From Candidatus Aminicenantes bacterium (GTDB taxonomy: Bacteria; Acidobacteriota; Aminicenantia; Aminicenantales; Aminicenantaceae), in NCBI GenBank assembly GCA_016783445.1, contig JADHWO010000002.1, forward strand, positions 25,464-89,463: DNA of 64,000 nt, written 5' to 3'. The stretch's first letter is position 1. Each line of letters opens with the position of its first letter. The notes under the pieces are model-generated. The model was not told where the DNA came from. It saw only the letters and a program-made list of their open reading frames with translations, and did no database searches. Positions 30,136 through 39,876 of the stretch are shown piece after piece. Position numbers and translations under genes: made by a program.

Positions 30136-31479
30136 ATGTCAAAGAGAAAAAGTGAACTTAGCCGGCGCAAATTTTTGTCTTCTTCTATGGGAGTTGTTCT
30201 GGGTGCAGCCAGCCTTCCACTGCTGAAGAGAGGCTTTTTGTTTGGAAAACCTGCTGGAAGAAAATTAAAAGTTGCTCTTGTCGGAACCGGTGTCCGGGGA
30301 TGCTCTACCTGGGGAAGAACTTTGATAAAAAAATACAGTGATGTACTGGAGATGGTCGGACTTTGTGATATAAATCCAAAGCGTTTGGATTATGCCAAAC
30401 AATATATGGGCGCAACCTGTCCCGTTTATATTGATTTTGTCCGGATGATTAAGGAAACAAAGCCGGATACAGTAGTTGTAACAACTACAGACTGTTTTCA
30501 TGCTAAATACATCTGCCTGGCCATGAAGTTAGGATGCAACGTAATTACCGAGAAACCTATGGCAACAGATGAAAAAATGACTCAGGACATTATTGATATT
30601 GAAAAAAAGACAGGAAAAAAGTTAATTGTGACCTTTAATTACAGATATAGCCCGGAGGCTATAAAAATAAAAGAGATCTTGATGTCGCGGGAAATCGGGG
30701 AAATCACATCTGTGGATTTTAATTATTATCTGGATGTCTACCATGGTGCATCCTATTTCCGCCGCTGGCATGGATTTAAGCAGTTTTCAGGTTCCCTCCT
30801 TGTCCATAAAGCAACACATCATTTTGATCTTATGAACTGGTGGCTTGCGGCCGAACCCGTGGAAGTAAATGCATACGGGGAGCTGCGTAAATATGGATAC
30901 AACGGTTCAATACGGAGTGTCCGGTGCATGACATGCCCCCATAAAGAAACGTGCGAATTCTTCTGGGATATTACCAAAAACGAACACTATATGAATCTGT
31001 ATGTAAAAGCAGAATCCGAGGATGGATATATCCGGGATTCCTGTGTTTTCCGGAAAAAGATCAATATCTGGGATACCATGAACGTCCAGGTTCAGTATCA
31101 CAATCGTGTGACAATGAGTTATTCCTTGAATGCCTTTATGCCTTATGAAGGGTATTTTGTTGGCTTTAATGGAACAAAGGGGAGACTGGATGCCCGTGTC
31201 TATCACAACCAGCCCTGGAAGATTCAGAATATGGCTGATTTCAGGATTACGCATAGTTTTAAAAAGAGCCGGACCTTTGGTATCCGGTCAGGCGGAAGTG
31301 AACACTGGGGTGCTGATCAGGTTATGCAGGATCAAATCTTCCGTAAGCCAGGGCCAGATCCTCTGGGACAGAGGGCTGGAAGCAGGCAAGGGGCGCTTTC
31401 CAATTTGATTGGAATTGCTGGACGCCGCAGTATCGAACAGGAGCGCCCGTTTAAAATAGAAGAGCTGGTCAAGATTTAG
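30136..31479 (+). CDS. Tat-exported Gfo/Idh/MocA-family NAD(P)-dependent oxidoreductase (candidate glycoside 3-dehydrogenase)
   Basis: The Tat motif is SRRKFLSS. The Rossmann segment is VALVGTGVRG. The RBS ggaggg lies before ATG 30136; the ORF track starts earlier, at 30064. Confidence 0.8.
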   Translation: MSKRKSELSRRKFLSSSMGVVLGAASLPLLKRGFLFGKPAGRKLKVALVGTGVRGCSTWGRTLIKKYSDVLEMVGLCDINPKRLDYAKQYMGATCPVYIDFVRMIKETKPDTVVVTTTDCFHAKYICLAMKLGCNVITEKPMATDEKMTQDIIDIEKKTGKKLIVTFNYRYSPEAIKIKEILMSREIGEITSVDFNYYLDVYHGASYFRRWHGFKQFSGSLLVHKATHHFDLMNWWLAAEPVEVNAYGELRKYGYNGSIRSVRCMTCPHKETCEFFWDITKNEHYMNLYVKAESEDGYIRDSCVFRKKINIWDTMNVQVQYHNRVTMSYSLNAFMPYEGYFVGFNGTKGRLDARVYHNQPWKIQNMADFRITHSFKKSRTFGIRSGGSEHWGADQVMQDQIFRKPGPDPLGQRAGSRQGALSNLIGIAGRRSIEQERPFKIEELVKI

Positions 31480-31701
31480 TTGAACCGGGCCACAATAAAT
31501 GACTCTTTTTAAAGATTGAGCCGCCTTTTTTTAGAGAGTTCAAGAGGCCTGTATGCCGGATTGCTGGCCTGCTTGGCTTCGAAATTGTTGAAGATACCTG
31601 ACTGCTCATAATCAGGCTTTTAAGGAGTTTATAATAAAATATGAAAATTTTCGTTAAAAATAATATAATAAGAGGTCTTTTAATATTAATAGGAGAGCAA
31701 G

Positions 31702-32997
31702 ATGGTGTTGAAGAAAAAAGGCCTTGAAGGAAAAAGAATAAGTTGTGATGACTACACTTTAGTAGACTTCCTTGAATTTGAAAGTAACGACCTTTTTGAA
31801 GTGGCTGATTATTTCTGGGAATACATGTTAGATGCAGCAAGAAGAAAATATTTAGTCTACGGTCAACCCATGATGTCTGGCCCAAAAGCTGAATTTAAAG
31901 TTTATGACCGAAACACCAATTCAGTAAGAAAATTTTTAAATTTTTGTTCTTATAACTACCTCGGATATTCTTTTCATCCTGAAGTCGTTAAAGCTGTTCA
32001 GGCAACTATCAACGAATTTGGCACCGGGGCTGTGTCAGCACCACTGCTCAGCGGATATTCTAATCCGGTCAAGAAGTTAGAGGAAGAATTAGCTAAATTA
32101 AAAGGAAAAGAATCAGCAATAGTATTTTCAACAGGATATGTGACAAATTTGGGAATACTATCAGCGCTTTTAAAACCCGGTGATACTGCAGTCTTGGATA
32201 TTCTGTCTCATGCTTCTATATATGACGGGGTAAGGTTATCCGGGGCAGATATAAAAGTTTTTGCGCACAATAATCCTCAGCACCTGGATAAAGTTCTTAA
32301 TGGTTTAAAAACAAAAAGGAATATTGTTTGCGTGGAAGGTGTTTATAGTATGGATGGAGACCTGTCAAATCTTCCTGAAATAATCCCCGTTTGTAAAAAA
32401 CATAAAGCGAAGATATTAGTTGATGAGGCTCATGCCTCATTGGTCTTTGGGAAAAAAGGGGGAGGAGTGGCAGAACATTTTGGCCTTGAAGATGAAGTTG
32501 ATATTTCTATCGGTACGTTCAGTAAATCCTTCGGTGCTATTGGAGGGTATGCTGCAGCCAGTGAAAAGCTTATCGCTTTTTTCAGGTTTTTTACAAGGTC
32601 TTATATTTTTTCATGTGCTATGGCGCCTCACACCGCTGTTGGGATCCTCAAAGTCCTTGAAATTTTCAATAAAGATAAATCCAGAAAGGAAAAACTTTGG
32701 GAAAATACTCATTATATGCATGCCAAGTTAAAAGAAGCAGGGCTTGATATTGGAAGTACAAAATCTCAGGTGGTTCCTGTCATGGCTGGAAATGATTTAA
32801 GGCTGCGTGAAATAAGTAAGAGGATTCAAGAGAAAGGGTTGTACACGGGCGTAGTAACTTATCCAGCTGTATCAAAGAATAAAACCAGGCTGAGGCTATC
32901 AGTTTCTTCGATGCATACTAAAGAACAGATAGATAAATGTATTAGAATACTCGCAGAAGTTTTTGATAGTATGGCTGATTGGAAGCCGGGTCAATAA
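31702..32997 (+). CDS. PLP-dependent alpha-oxoamine synthase, serine palmitoyltransferase-like
   Basis: NFCSYNYLG is present, and the PLP-lysine motif is GTFSKSFGAIGGY. The protein is 431 aa. Confidence 0.8.
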   Translation: MVLKKKGLEGKRISCDDYTLVDFLEFESNDLFEVADYFWEYMLDAARRKYLVYGQPMMSGPKAEFKVYDRNTNSVRKFLNFCSYNYLGYSFHPEVVKAVQATINEFGTGAVSAPLLSGYSNPVKKLEEELAKLKGKESAIVFSTGYVTNLGILSALLKPGDTAVLDILSHASIYDGVRLSGADIKVFAHNNPQHLDKVLNGLKTKRNIVCVEGVYSMDGDLSNLPEIIPVCKKHKAKILVDEAHASLVFGKKGGGVAEHFGLEDEVDISIGTFSKSFGAIGGYAAASEKLIAFFRFFTRSYIFSCAMAPHTAVGILKVLEIFNKDKSRKEKLWENTHYMHAKLKEAGLDIGSTKSQVVPVMAGNDLRLREISKRIQEKGLYTGVVTYPAVSKNKTRLRLSVSSMHTKEQIDKCIRILAEVFDSMADWKPGQ

Positions 32998-33087
32998 AGA
33001 ACTTTTCCAAGAGTACACTGCTTTTTTAGTAAGCTCCGACTTTTAAAGGTTATAAATAAATATCAGCACCCAGGGGGATCTTGCTAT

Positions 33088-34425
33088 TTACTTTATTTTC
33101 ACTTCTTGTTTATTTTCATCAAAGGTTACACGTTTCCCGGTAAACATCGCAGCGATTGTCATGCAGAGAGCTACAGAGTGGTTGTACCCTGCACGGATAT
33201 CCGCGTTTGGCTTCTTGCGTTTGCGCACACACTCCATCCAGTTGCGCATGTGGGCAGAGGTTGCATTATCGGTTCCAGTGATTGCGGCTGTTTCCACTCC
33301 CCCTGCCTCTGCAATAGCTATTTCCGGCAGTCTGTTTTCCTCCATCCCCATAACTTTTGCCATTCTCTGAGATAGCCCACCTTTAGGGGTAATCATATTT
33401 GTGTCCAGATTAAGTGTGCCGCCATTAGAGAAATACAGTTCTTTGGTCCCTCCTGCCGAGTTTGTCTGCCTGGAAGAGTACACAACCTGGAAGCCTTTGG
33501 ACATATCATTGAGTGGACCGTAGTCAAAAACAGCTGTAAGTGTGTCAAAATTTTTCCGTCCATCCTTCCATAGGTAGACCCCACCATTAACTACTACACT
33601 TCTCGGGTGCGGTAAATCTGTAAACCAGTGGACCGTGTCAATCTGATGTACCATCCATTGACCAGGAATTCCGGACGAATACGGCCAGAACAGGCGGTAT
33701 TCGATATATTTGCGTGGATCCCAGGGTTCAAAAGGGCGGTTCATGAGGTACCTTTTCCAGTCAACATCTTTCTCTTGAAGAGCAGCTACCAGGTGAGGGC
33801 GTCGCCACCGGCCAGGCTGGTTTACGTTCCATGTCATATCCACTGCTACAATATCTCCAAATCGTCCTGAGCGGATAAATTTATCAGCCTGAATGTAATT
33901 GGTTGCGCTCCTGCGTTGAGTGCCTATCTGAACAATCCTGTTAGACTTCTGAACAGCTTTGAGCGAAGCGCGCGCATCTTCCCCTGTGTTTGCAAACGGC
34001 TTTTCTACATAAGCATCACAGCCTGCCTCGACAGCCTGGATGCAGTGCAGGGCATGCTGGAAATCCGCTGTGCTTATGATCACAGCATCTACTTTTCCAG
34101 AGCCATAAAGTTCCTCATTGTTACGTTTAGCAACAATTTTCCTTCCTGTTTTTTCCTGAATAAATTCCACTCCCTCCCTACGTCGGCGGTTCCAGATATC
34201 TGAAACAGCCATAATCTCAAAATTGAGCTCCTGAGTATAATTCAGCATAGCCGGAATAAGTGCATGCCGTGCCCGGTCTGAAAAGCCGACGATTCCGACC
34301 CGTACGCGGTCATTGGACCCGAGGATTCGACTGTAACTTGCGGCAGGCAAACCAAACGCGAGCCCGGCTGCCCCTGTAGAAACAGTCTTGATGAAATTAC
34401 GGCGGGTTATCTTTTTTTTCGTCAT
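33088..34425 (-). CDS. Tat-exported Gfo/Idh/MocA-family oxidoreductase
   Basis: The Tat motif is TRRNFIKT. The Rossmann segment is VRVGIVGFSDRA. Confidence 0.85.
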   Translation of the reverse strand: MTKKKITRRNFIKTVSTGAAGLAFGLPAASYSRILGSNDRVRVGIVGFSDRARHALIPAMLNYTQELNFEIMAVSDIWNRRRREGVEFIQEKTGRKIVAKRNNEELYGSGKVDAVIISTADFQHALHCIQAVEAGCDAYVEKPFANTGEDARASLKAVQKSNRIVQIGTQRRSATNYIQADKFIRSGRFGDIVAVDMTWNVNQPGRWRRPHLVAALQEKDVDWKRYLMNRPFEPWDPRKYIEYRLFWPYSSGIPGQWMVHQIDTVHWFTDLPHPRSVVVNGGVYLWKDGRKNFDTLTAVFDYGPLNDMSKGFQVVYSSRQTNSAGGTKELYFSNGGTLNLDTNMITPKGGLSQRMAKVMGMEENRLPEIAIAEAGGVETAAITGTDNATSAHMRNWMECVRKRKKPNADIRAGYNHSVALCMTIAAMFTGKRVTFDENKQEVKIK

Positions 34426-34495
34426 TTTTGCCTTCCTTTTTTAATGGCCATAGGACCTTTATTTTAGCATGCCCTGTGTACAGTGAGAATAAGCT

Positions 34496-35395
34496 TTAAA
34501 AAAGCTTTATTTCACGAATCTTGATGTTGCGAAACCAGGCCGCATCAGTATGGTCCTGTAGAATTATGTGGCCTTTTCGTTTATCTGCAAAGCCCTGAAT
34601 ATTGCGGTATTTACTTGCGGCGAGTAAAACGTCCATTTGAGGCGTTTCCAGGTCGTATTCCAGTACTTTTACTCCGTTGAGCCAGTGTTCTCCATGGTTT
34701 CCACGGAAAATGATTCGTGCTGTGTTAAATTTGCCTACAGGTTTAAGTGTTTTTCCCTCAGGCGCAATTAGGTCATAGAGTGCGGCAGCCGTTCTGTTGC
34801 CGCCTTTCTGTGCATCGGGATGCCTGTCATCATCAAGTATCTGGTATTCAAATCCAAGCGCTGCATACTTGGGTGGATAGGATGTAGACATCTCCTCTGA
34901 AACATTATACTTGATGCCACTGTTTCCGGCAGGGCAAATTTTCCATTCCAGATAGAGTTCGAAGTTCTCAAATGACCTGGCAGTCATGATGTCTCCTCCC
35001 TGAAGAGGTTGCCCGTCTTTTTGCAACGGCACTTCCCCGCTGGGCACCTTTTTGATTGCGCCATCTTCTATGACCCAGGGGCCATCAGGGATTCCGTCCC
35101 TTCCAAGGCCTTGCCATCCGGTGAAGGTTTCACCGTCAAAAAGAAGTATCCAGCCCTCTGCTTTTTCTGATGAGGTGAGTACGTTAAGCTCTAGCGTGGT
35201 TGTGGATAAAGGTTCGGTCTCCTGATTTGATACACAGGATAGAGAGAAAAAGATTAAAATGAGAGAAACAGCTGCAATACACATTAAGTTAAGTCTTAAC
35301 AAAAACATGTTTTTTTTAAGGCAATCTGACATGGCTTGAATTATCCTTTCTGGGTTTTTAAAGTTGCGGCTCAATTTTTTGGGATTGAATCTCAA
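34496..35395 (-). CDS. DUF1080 (3-keto-disaccharide hydrolase-like, LamG/jelly-roll) protein, secreted
   Basis: GWILLFDGETFTGW is present, and the C-terminus FRNIKIREI is typical of PF06439. It sits upstream of the Gfo gene in the same operon. Confidence 0.75.
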   Translation of the reverse strand: MRFNPKKLSRNFKNPERIIQAMSDCLKKNMFLLRLNLMCIAAVSLILIFFSLSCVSNQETEPLSTTTLELNVLTSSEKAEGWILLFDGETFTGWQGLGRDGIPDGPWVIEDGAIKKVPSGEVPLQKDGQPLQGGDIMTARSFENFELYLEWKICPAGNSGIKYNVSEEMSTSYPPKYAALGFEYQILDDDRHPDAQKGGNRTAAALYDLIAPEGKTLKPVGKFNTARIIFRGNHGEHWLNGVKVLEYDLETPQMDVLLAASKYRNIQGFADKRKGHIILQDHTDAAWFRNIKIREIKLF

Positions 35396-35456
35396 TATTT
35401 AAAATATTTTTAAGAAGCATCAATTTATTAATATCAATTTAAAAAGAAAAAGAGGA

Positions 35457-35482
35457 AATGTCAAATGTTGAGATGCGACCCC
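35457..35482 (+). promoter_or_regulatory. Copy of the 26-bp motif AATGTCAAATGTTGAGATGCGACCCC, in the divergent promoter region
   Basis: The same motif recurs at 46000-46028 and inverted at 20508-20535. Confidence 0.4.
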
Positions 35483-35648
35483 ATTCTTCTTTTATCTTTT
35501 TTGCAAAGATGCCTCCAACTTTGTATAGTATGAGCGTTCGGGTTTTTGACTCGTAATCGGTGAGCCTAAGGGACAGAAACTTGTGGGCAGGCTCTACCGC
35601 AAACCTTGGGTTCTCCCCAGGGTGTAAAGCCTTAAAAAGGAGAAGGGC

Positions 35649-36500
35649 ATGGGAAAAACAACAAGAAGGGATTTTATCAGATTAGCTGGAGTGGGAGTGG
35701 CAGCTGTATCATTGTCGCCTGTCCTGGAGGGCTCCACAAAAAGCCGCCATGAAAAAAATGAAAAAGAGCATAAGCGGTTAAAACTTGGAATGGCTTCTTA
35801 CACTTTCCGGAAGTTCAATCTTGAAGATACGTTAGCCATGACAAAAAGGCTGGGATTAGAGACAATTGCTTTTAAGAGCTTCCATCTTGCTCTGGAAAGC
35901 ACTGGGGAAAAGATAAAGGCTGTAGCAGAGAAGGTCAAAGCAGCCGGACTTGAGCTCTACGGCTGCAGTGTGGTTTACATGCAGAATGAGGAGGAAGTTT
36001 ATCGTACGTTTAATTACGCAAAAGCAGCAGGGATGAAGGTCATAATTGGAGTTCCTAACCACGAGCTTCTGGATTTAGTCAACAAGAAGGTTCAGGAGTT
36101 TGATATTCAATTAGCGATTCATAATCATGGCCCTGGTGATAAGCTCTATCCAACACCTGAGAGCGCTTACCAGAAGATTAAAAATCTTGATCCCCGTATA
36201 GGATTGTGTCTTGATATCGGGCATACACAGCGCTCTGGCATCGATCCGTCAGACTCCGCAGAGAAGTTCGCTGATAGGCTGCTCGATGTGCATATCAAGG
36301 ATGTCACCGCTGCATCTAAAGAGGGGAGACCTGTGGAGGTTGGCAGGGGTGTAATCGATATTCCCAAGTTTCTCCGCACTTTGCTCAAGTTGGATTACAA
36401 AGGAATTGTGTCGCTTGAATATGAAAAAGATGCCGATGACCCTCTTCCAGGAGCTGCGGAATCCCTCGGCTATGTCAAAGGTGTCCTGTCTGTTATCTAA
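35649..36500 (+). CDS. Tat-exported xylose-isomerase-like TIM-barrel protein (sugar-phosphate isomerase/epimerase family)
   Basis: The Tat motif is TRRDFIRLAG. An AP-endonuclease-2/TIM-barrel pattern is present. Confidence 0.8.
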   Translation: MGKTTRRDFIRLAGVGVAAVSLSPVLEGSTKSRHEKNEKEHKRLKLGMASYTFRKFNLEDTLAMTKRLGLETIAFKSFHLALESTGEKIKAVAEKVKAAGLELYGCSVVYMQNEEEVYRTFNYAKAAGMKVIIGVPNHELLDLVNKKVQEFDIQLAIHNHGPGDKLYPTPESAYQKIKNLDPRIGLCLDIGHTQRSGIDPSDSAEKFADRLLDVHIKDVTAASKEGRPVEVGRGVIDIPKFLRTLLKLDYKGIVSLEYEKDADDPLPGAAESLGYVKGVLSVI

Positions 36501-36521
36501 ATATACACTTTAAACTAGCGT

Positions 36522-36758
36522 GCATTATTCATAAAAACTGCCGATGCCATCATTCATTCTTTATAATATCTATATCAATCATCGGCATTTTTTACTCTTC
36601 GAGCGAGCCGATATTGTGAGATTGCCGCGTCGCTTCGCTCCTCGCAACGACGTCTGCTTCGTTGCAAAGGATTTGCGGTGGAGAACCACAGCTTCATCCT
36701 TCACGCCTCGCATCTACGGCAACCTCGACTCGTGAATAATGCACGTACGCGTGAATTG
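36522..36758 (-). repeat. Copy B (inverted) of the roughly 250-bp structured repeat. Its internal hairpin plus T-run is placed as a terminator for the upstream gene.
   Basis: The reverse complement aligns to 13583-13834 and 47160-47425. aaaaactgccgatg...catcggcatttttt lies directly after the stop at 36500. Confidence 0.7.
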
Positions 36759-36829
36759 ATTTTTGAAAAAAATTGATTTATATTGTTAGCAAAATCTAAG
36801 GAGTAATATCTGAATTAGGAGAAAGGAAA

Positions 36830-37651
36830 ATGAAACAAAAAAATCTTCTTAGTATACTTTTATTTCTTTTAATAGCCCAATGCTATGTGGCTGTTGGCCA
36901 ATTCACTCCTGCTGAAATTGCTCAAAGGGAAAAGCTGGAGGAATTCCTCAAAACCGCAGAAATCATAAAATCAGAAGATATAGGAGAGGGAGTTACAAAA
37001 CCAATAAAGCTTACACTAAAGAAGGGAGATGTGGAAAGATATGGAGCATGGAAAAATCCCAAAGGCATTAAATCGGGCCAGCTTGAGGGCTGGCAGTATG
37101 AAATAGCTGCTTATGAGATGGATAAGCTTTTAGGATTAAACATGGTCCCACCCACAGTCGAGAGAGAGCTCCACGGATTGAGAGGGTCCCTTCAGCTCTG
37201 GGTCGAGTCTCAATTAAGCGATCTGGAACTAAGAGAAAAAGGAATGAGTATTCCTGATTCTGAGCTTTTACAGTGGTCAAAAATGAAGTATTTAGCAAGA
37301 GCATTTGACAGTTTAATTGCCAACGACGACCGGACCCAGCAGAATGTACGCTATACTAAGGATTGGCGGACGATTCTCATCGACCATTCCCGTTCTTTCC
37401 GCTCCTCCGGGAAGTTCATGAAGAGACTTGTTTTTGGAAAAAAAGGTATAAAGGGTGTCACGCTTATCAGGTACGTGCCCAGGGCTTTTATAGAAAAGGT
37501 TAAAGCCTTGAACTTTGATACCATAAGGAATGCTGTAGGTCCTTATTTGAAGGACAAAGAGATTGAAGCTGTTCTCAAGCGTAAAGAGCTTCTCCTTAAA
37601 GAGATCGAAGAAATGATAAAAGAATATGGAGAAAAAAAGGTTTTGTATTAA
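36830..37651 (+). CDS. Secreted protein with an atypical-kinase-like catalytic motif (HipA / PI3K / Fam20-like)
   Basis: There is a signal peptide. The sequences AFDSLIANDDRTQQNVRY and ILIDHSRSF resemble a kinase catalytic loop and metal-binding loop. Confidence 0.4.
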   Translation: MKQKNLLSILLFLLIAQCYVAVGQFTPAEIAQREKLEEFLKTAEIIKSEDIGEGVTKPIKLTLKKGDVERYGAWKNPKGIKSGQLEGWQYEIAAYEMDKLLGLNMVPPTVERELHGLRGSLQLWVESQLSDLELREKGMSIPDSELLQWSKMKYLARAFDSLIANDDRTQQNVRYTKDWRTILIDHSRSFRSSGKFMKRLVFGKKGIKGVTLIRYVPRAFIEKVKALNFDTIRNAVGPYLKDKEIEAVLKRKELLLKEIEEMIKEYGEKKVLY

Positions 37652-37681
37652 TGCTTCTTTATGTCTTTTTGGCTTTTTTTA

Positions 37682-39817
37682 TTACTTTTCTTTTAGGCTT
37701 TCAATAATTTTCTTAATTTTTTCTTGTTTTGGATTAATCTCTAACGATTTCTTCCAGGCTTGTAAAGCCTGCTTATTATCTCCAAGCGCAAAATAGCATT
37801 CTCCAATTGAATTCAGGATCTCTACAACATTGCCCTTATGTGAAAGAGCTTTCTGATAATAAGAGACTGCCTCTTCAAGCTTGCCCAATTCATGAGATGT
37901 TTTTCCGAGATTGTAATAGAGCTCAAAATTCTCTTTTCCTGCTTTATCAAAAGGGATTAGGATTTCTCTTACTCTCTGGAATTCTTTCAAGATCAAGAGA
38001 GCTCTCGCGTAGCTTAAAGCGTAATCCAATGAATCCGGCTTTCCTTTATAGGCTTTCGATAATTCTTCTTGGGCTTTTTGTATGTCTCCCTTGTTCAGAA
38101 ATTGATTCCCCAGGATATAAGAATAGTACGGATCATCAGCAGGTGGATTGGTCTGAGCGACAACCCATGATCCGGGAAAAGGTTTTGTTGTGACAGAGAG
38201 TGCTTTTCTTTCAGAAAGATATTTTCGCCCCTCTCTGTCGAGGAGGGAAACCTCCACTGTGTATATTCCAGGTGAAAATTTATCCAGGAGGATTTCTTCG
38301 AGAAAATCGCGGCTGTTTTTGTATTCATTGATGTTCCTGTGTTTCGTCTGAAATATCTGCTCACCCGAATAAAACGTAAATTCCAGTATTCCCTCTTCTT
38401 TCAATCTCTGCTTTAAACCATAGATCTGAAAGAAAAGGAACAAATTGTCTTTTTCAAGGAATTTGTTATTGATGGATGGATAGAGCTGAAGATTCCCCAC
38501 CTGAAAGGCTCTGTTTGACTGACTGTATGGTGAATCTCTGTTGACTTTCCTGGATAAGATGACAGGGCTCATCTTTAGATTTTCACCCCTGGGCACAGAG
38601 ATCTTTTTTTCGAAAGAGGTAAATTCTTTGGTGACCATGTTTTCAAATAAGAGGTTGAAGGTGTAATTGCCCGGGATCATAGGGAAAGAATCATAGAGAA
38701 AAAAAGAACTAGTCTCCAATATTTTCAACTCATCCTTTCTTAATTCAAGCGGAACATTCCTTCCCCGTTGAAATATGGTCTTCCCCTCTGCATCTGTCAA
38801 ACGGATGGAAGTTTTTAAATCAGAAAAATATTTATCCTGGTAGAAATCGACAGATAAAGTTTCCGGCACAATGATGTAATTCACAAAGAAAATGCCGGAG
38901 GGATCCTGGATAATGCTAACCTTCGACTGGTTCCCCATGTAATAAACGGAATAACTGACTTCAACTACCGCTTTATGCTCTAAAAACTCATAAGCGTAGT
39001 CATCATTGACTTTCTTATGAGGATAGGTTTCAACTTCACCCACTAACATCGAAGACTGGAGTATTTGTTCCGGGCCGCTTCTTCCTGGGAAGTTTGAAAA
39101 TACAGCCTCAGCCAACATGAACCCAATACTGGATTTTATTATCATGTAAGCATCTATATCTCTTTTGTCTAAATTATAAGCCTTTAATCTTTGTAATTCT
39201 TCTGCGTCCTGTGGGGATCTTTCCGCCAGAGGCGATATCGATTTTGCTTTAGAAAGCACGTCCAATCTCTGAGTGAAAGGGACTAAACTTTTTGGCCCAT
39301 CTGCAAGCGGATTATAAAGTTCAAACTCTCCCGCTCCAAATTTCTGAAAGAACAGGAGTCGAAAGTTTGGTGCCTGCCCCAGTCCCGGATTGCCCTGGTA
39401 ATACCAGATTTCTATAGGGTAAATGTCTGCTGATATGTATCTATCCACATTGGAAGGCCTGCCCAGCATTATGTAAAATCTTCCTCTATCCGTTCTCCAG
39501 CCCTTTAAGGGTGTACTTCTTCCGAATTTTTTATCCGTATATTCAATCCTTCTGTAGTGTTCTTCTTTGAATTCATTCCGGGATGTGGTTGGAGTGGGAT
39601 CTCTTTGCCGCCAGAATTCTTCAATAAAAAGATTCCTTTCTCTATCCGTTTCCAGCTTGTAAAAAACCTCCTTTTCCTTAGGGGTAATGATGTAGACGAC
39701 TTCTTCTTTTATCCATTTCTGGAATTTTTTAGGTAAATCGGGATTTTTCTTTGAATAGAGTATAAAGGGAAAGATAAATACAAATAATAATATCGCGCTG
39801 GTAATTTTTAATTTCAT
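37682..39817 (-). CDS. GWxTD-domain protein with C-terminal TPR repeats, secreted
   Basis: KGWRTDRGRFYIMLG contains the GWxTD motif. There is a signal peptide after the internal Met (MKLKITSAILLF). TPR repeats are at the C-terminus. Confidence 0.7.
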   Translation of the reverse strand: MKLKITSAILLFVFIFPFILYSKKNPDLPKKFQKWIKEEVVYIITPKEKEVFYKLETDRERNLFIEEFWRQRDPTPTTSRNEFKEEHYRRIEYTDKKFGRSTPLKGWRTDRGRFYIMLGRPSNVDRYISADIYPIEIWYYQGNPGLGQAPNFRLLFFQKFGAGEFELYNPLADGPKSLVPFTQRLDVLSKAKSISPLAERSPQDAEELQRLKAYNLDKRDIDAYMIIKSSIGFMLAEAVFSNFPGRSGPEQILQSSMLVGEVETYPHKKVNDDYAYEFLEHKAVVEVSYSVYYMGNQSKVSIIQDPSGIFFVNYIIVPETLSVDFYQDKYFSDLKTSIRLTDAEGKTIFQRGRNVPLELRKDELKILETSSFFLYDSFPMIPGNYTFNLLFENMVTKEFTSFEKKISVPRGENLKMSPVILSRKVNRDSPYSQSNRAFQVGNLQLYPSINNKFLEKDNLFLFFQIYGLKQRLKEEGILEFTFYSGEQIFQTKHRNINEYKNSRDFLEEILLDKFSPGIYTVEVSLLDREGRKYLSERKALSVTTKPFPGSWVVAQTNPPADDPYYSYILGNQFLNKGDIQKAQEELSKAYKGKPDSLDYALSYARALLILKEFQRVREILIPFDKAGKENFELYYNLGKTSHELGKLEEAVSYYQKALSHKGNVVEILNSIGECYFALGDNKQALQAWKKSLEINPKQEKIKKIIESLKEK

Positions 39818-39876
39818 TTTTCTTTTTTTGTCTCTTACATTAATCATTAACAGAAAAATAGAATGAGAAGTCATTT

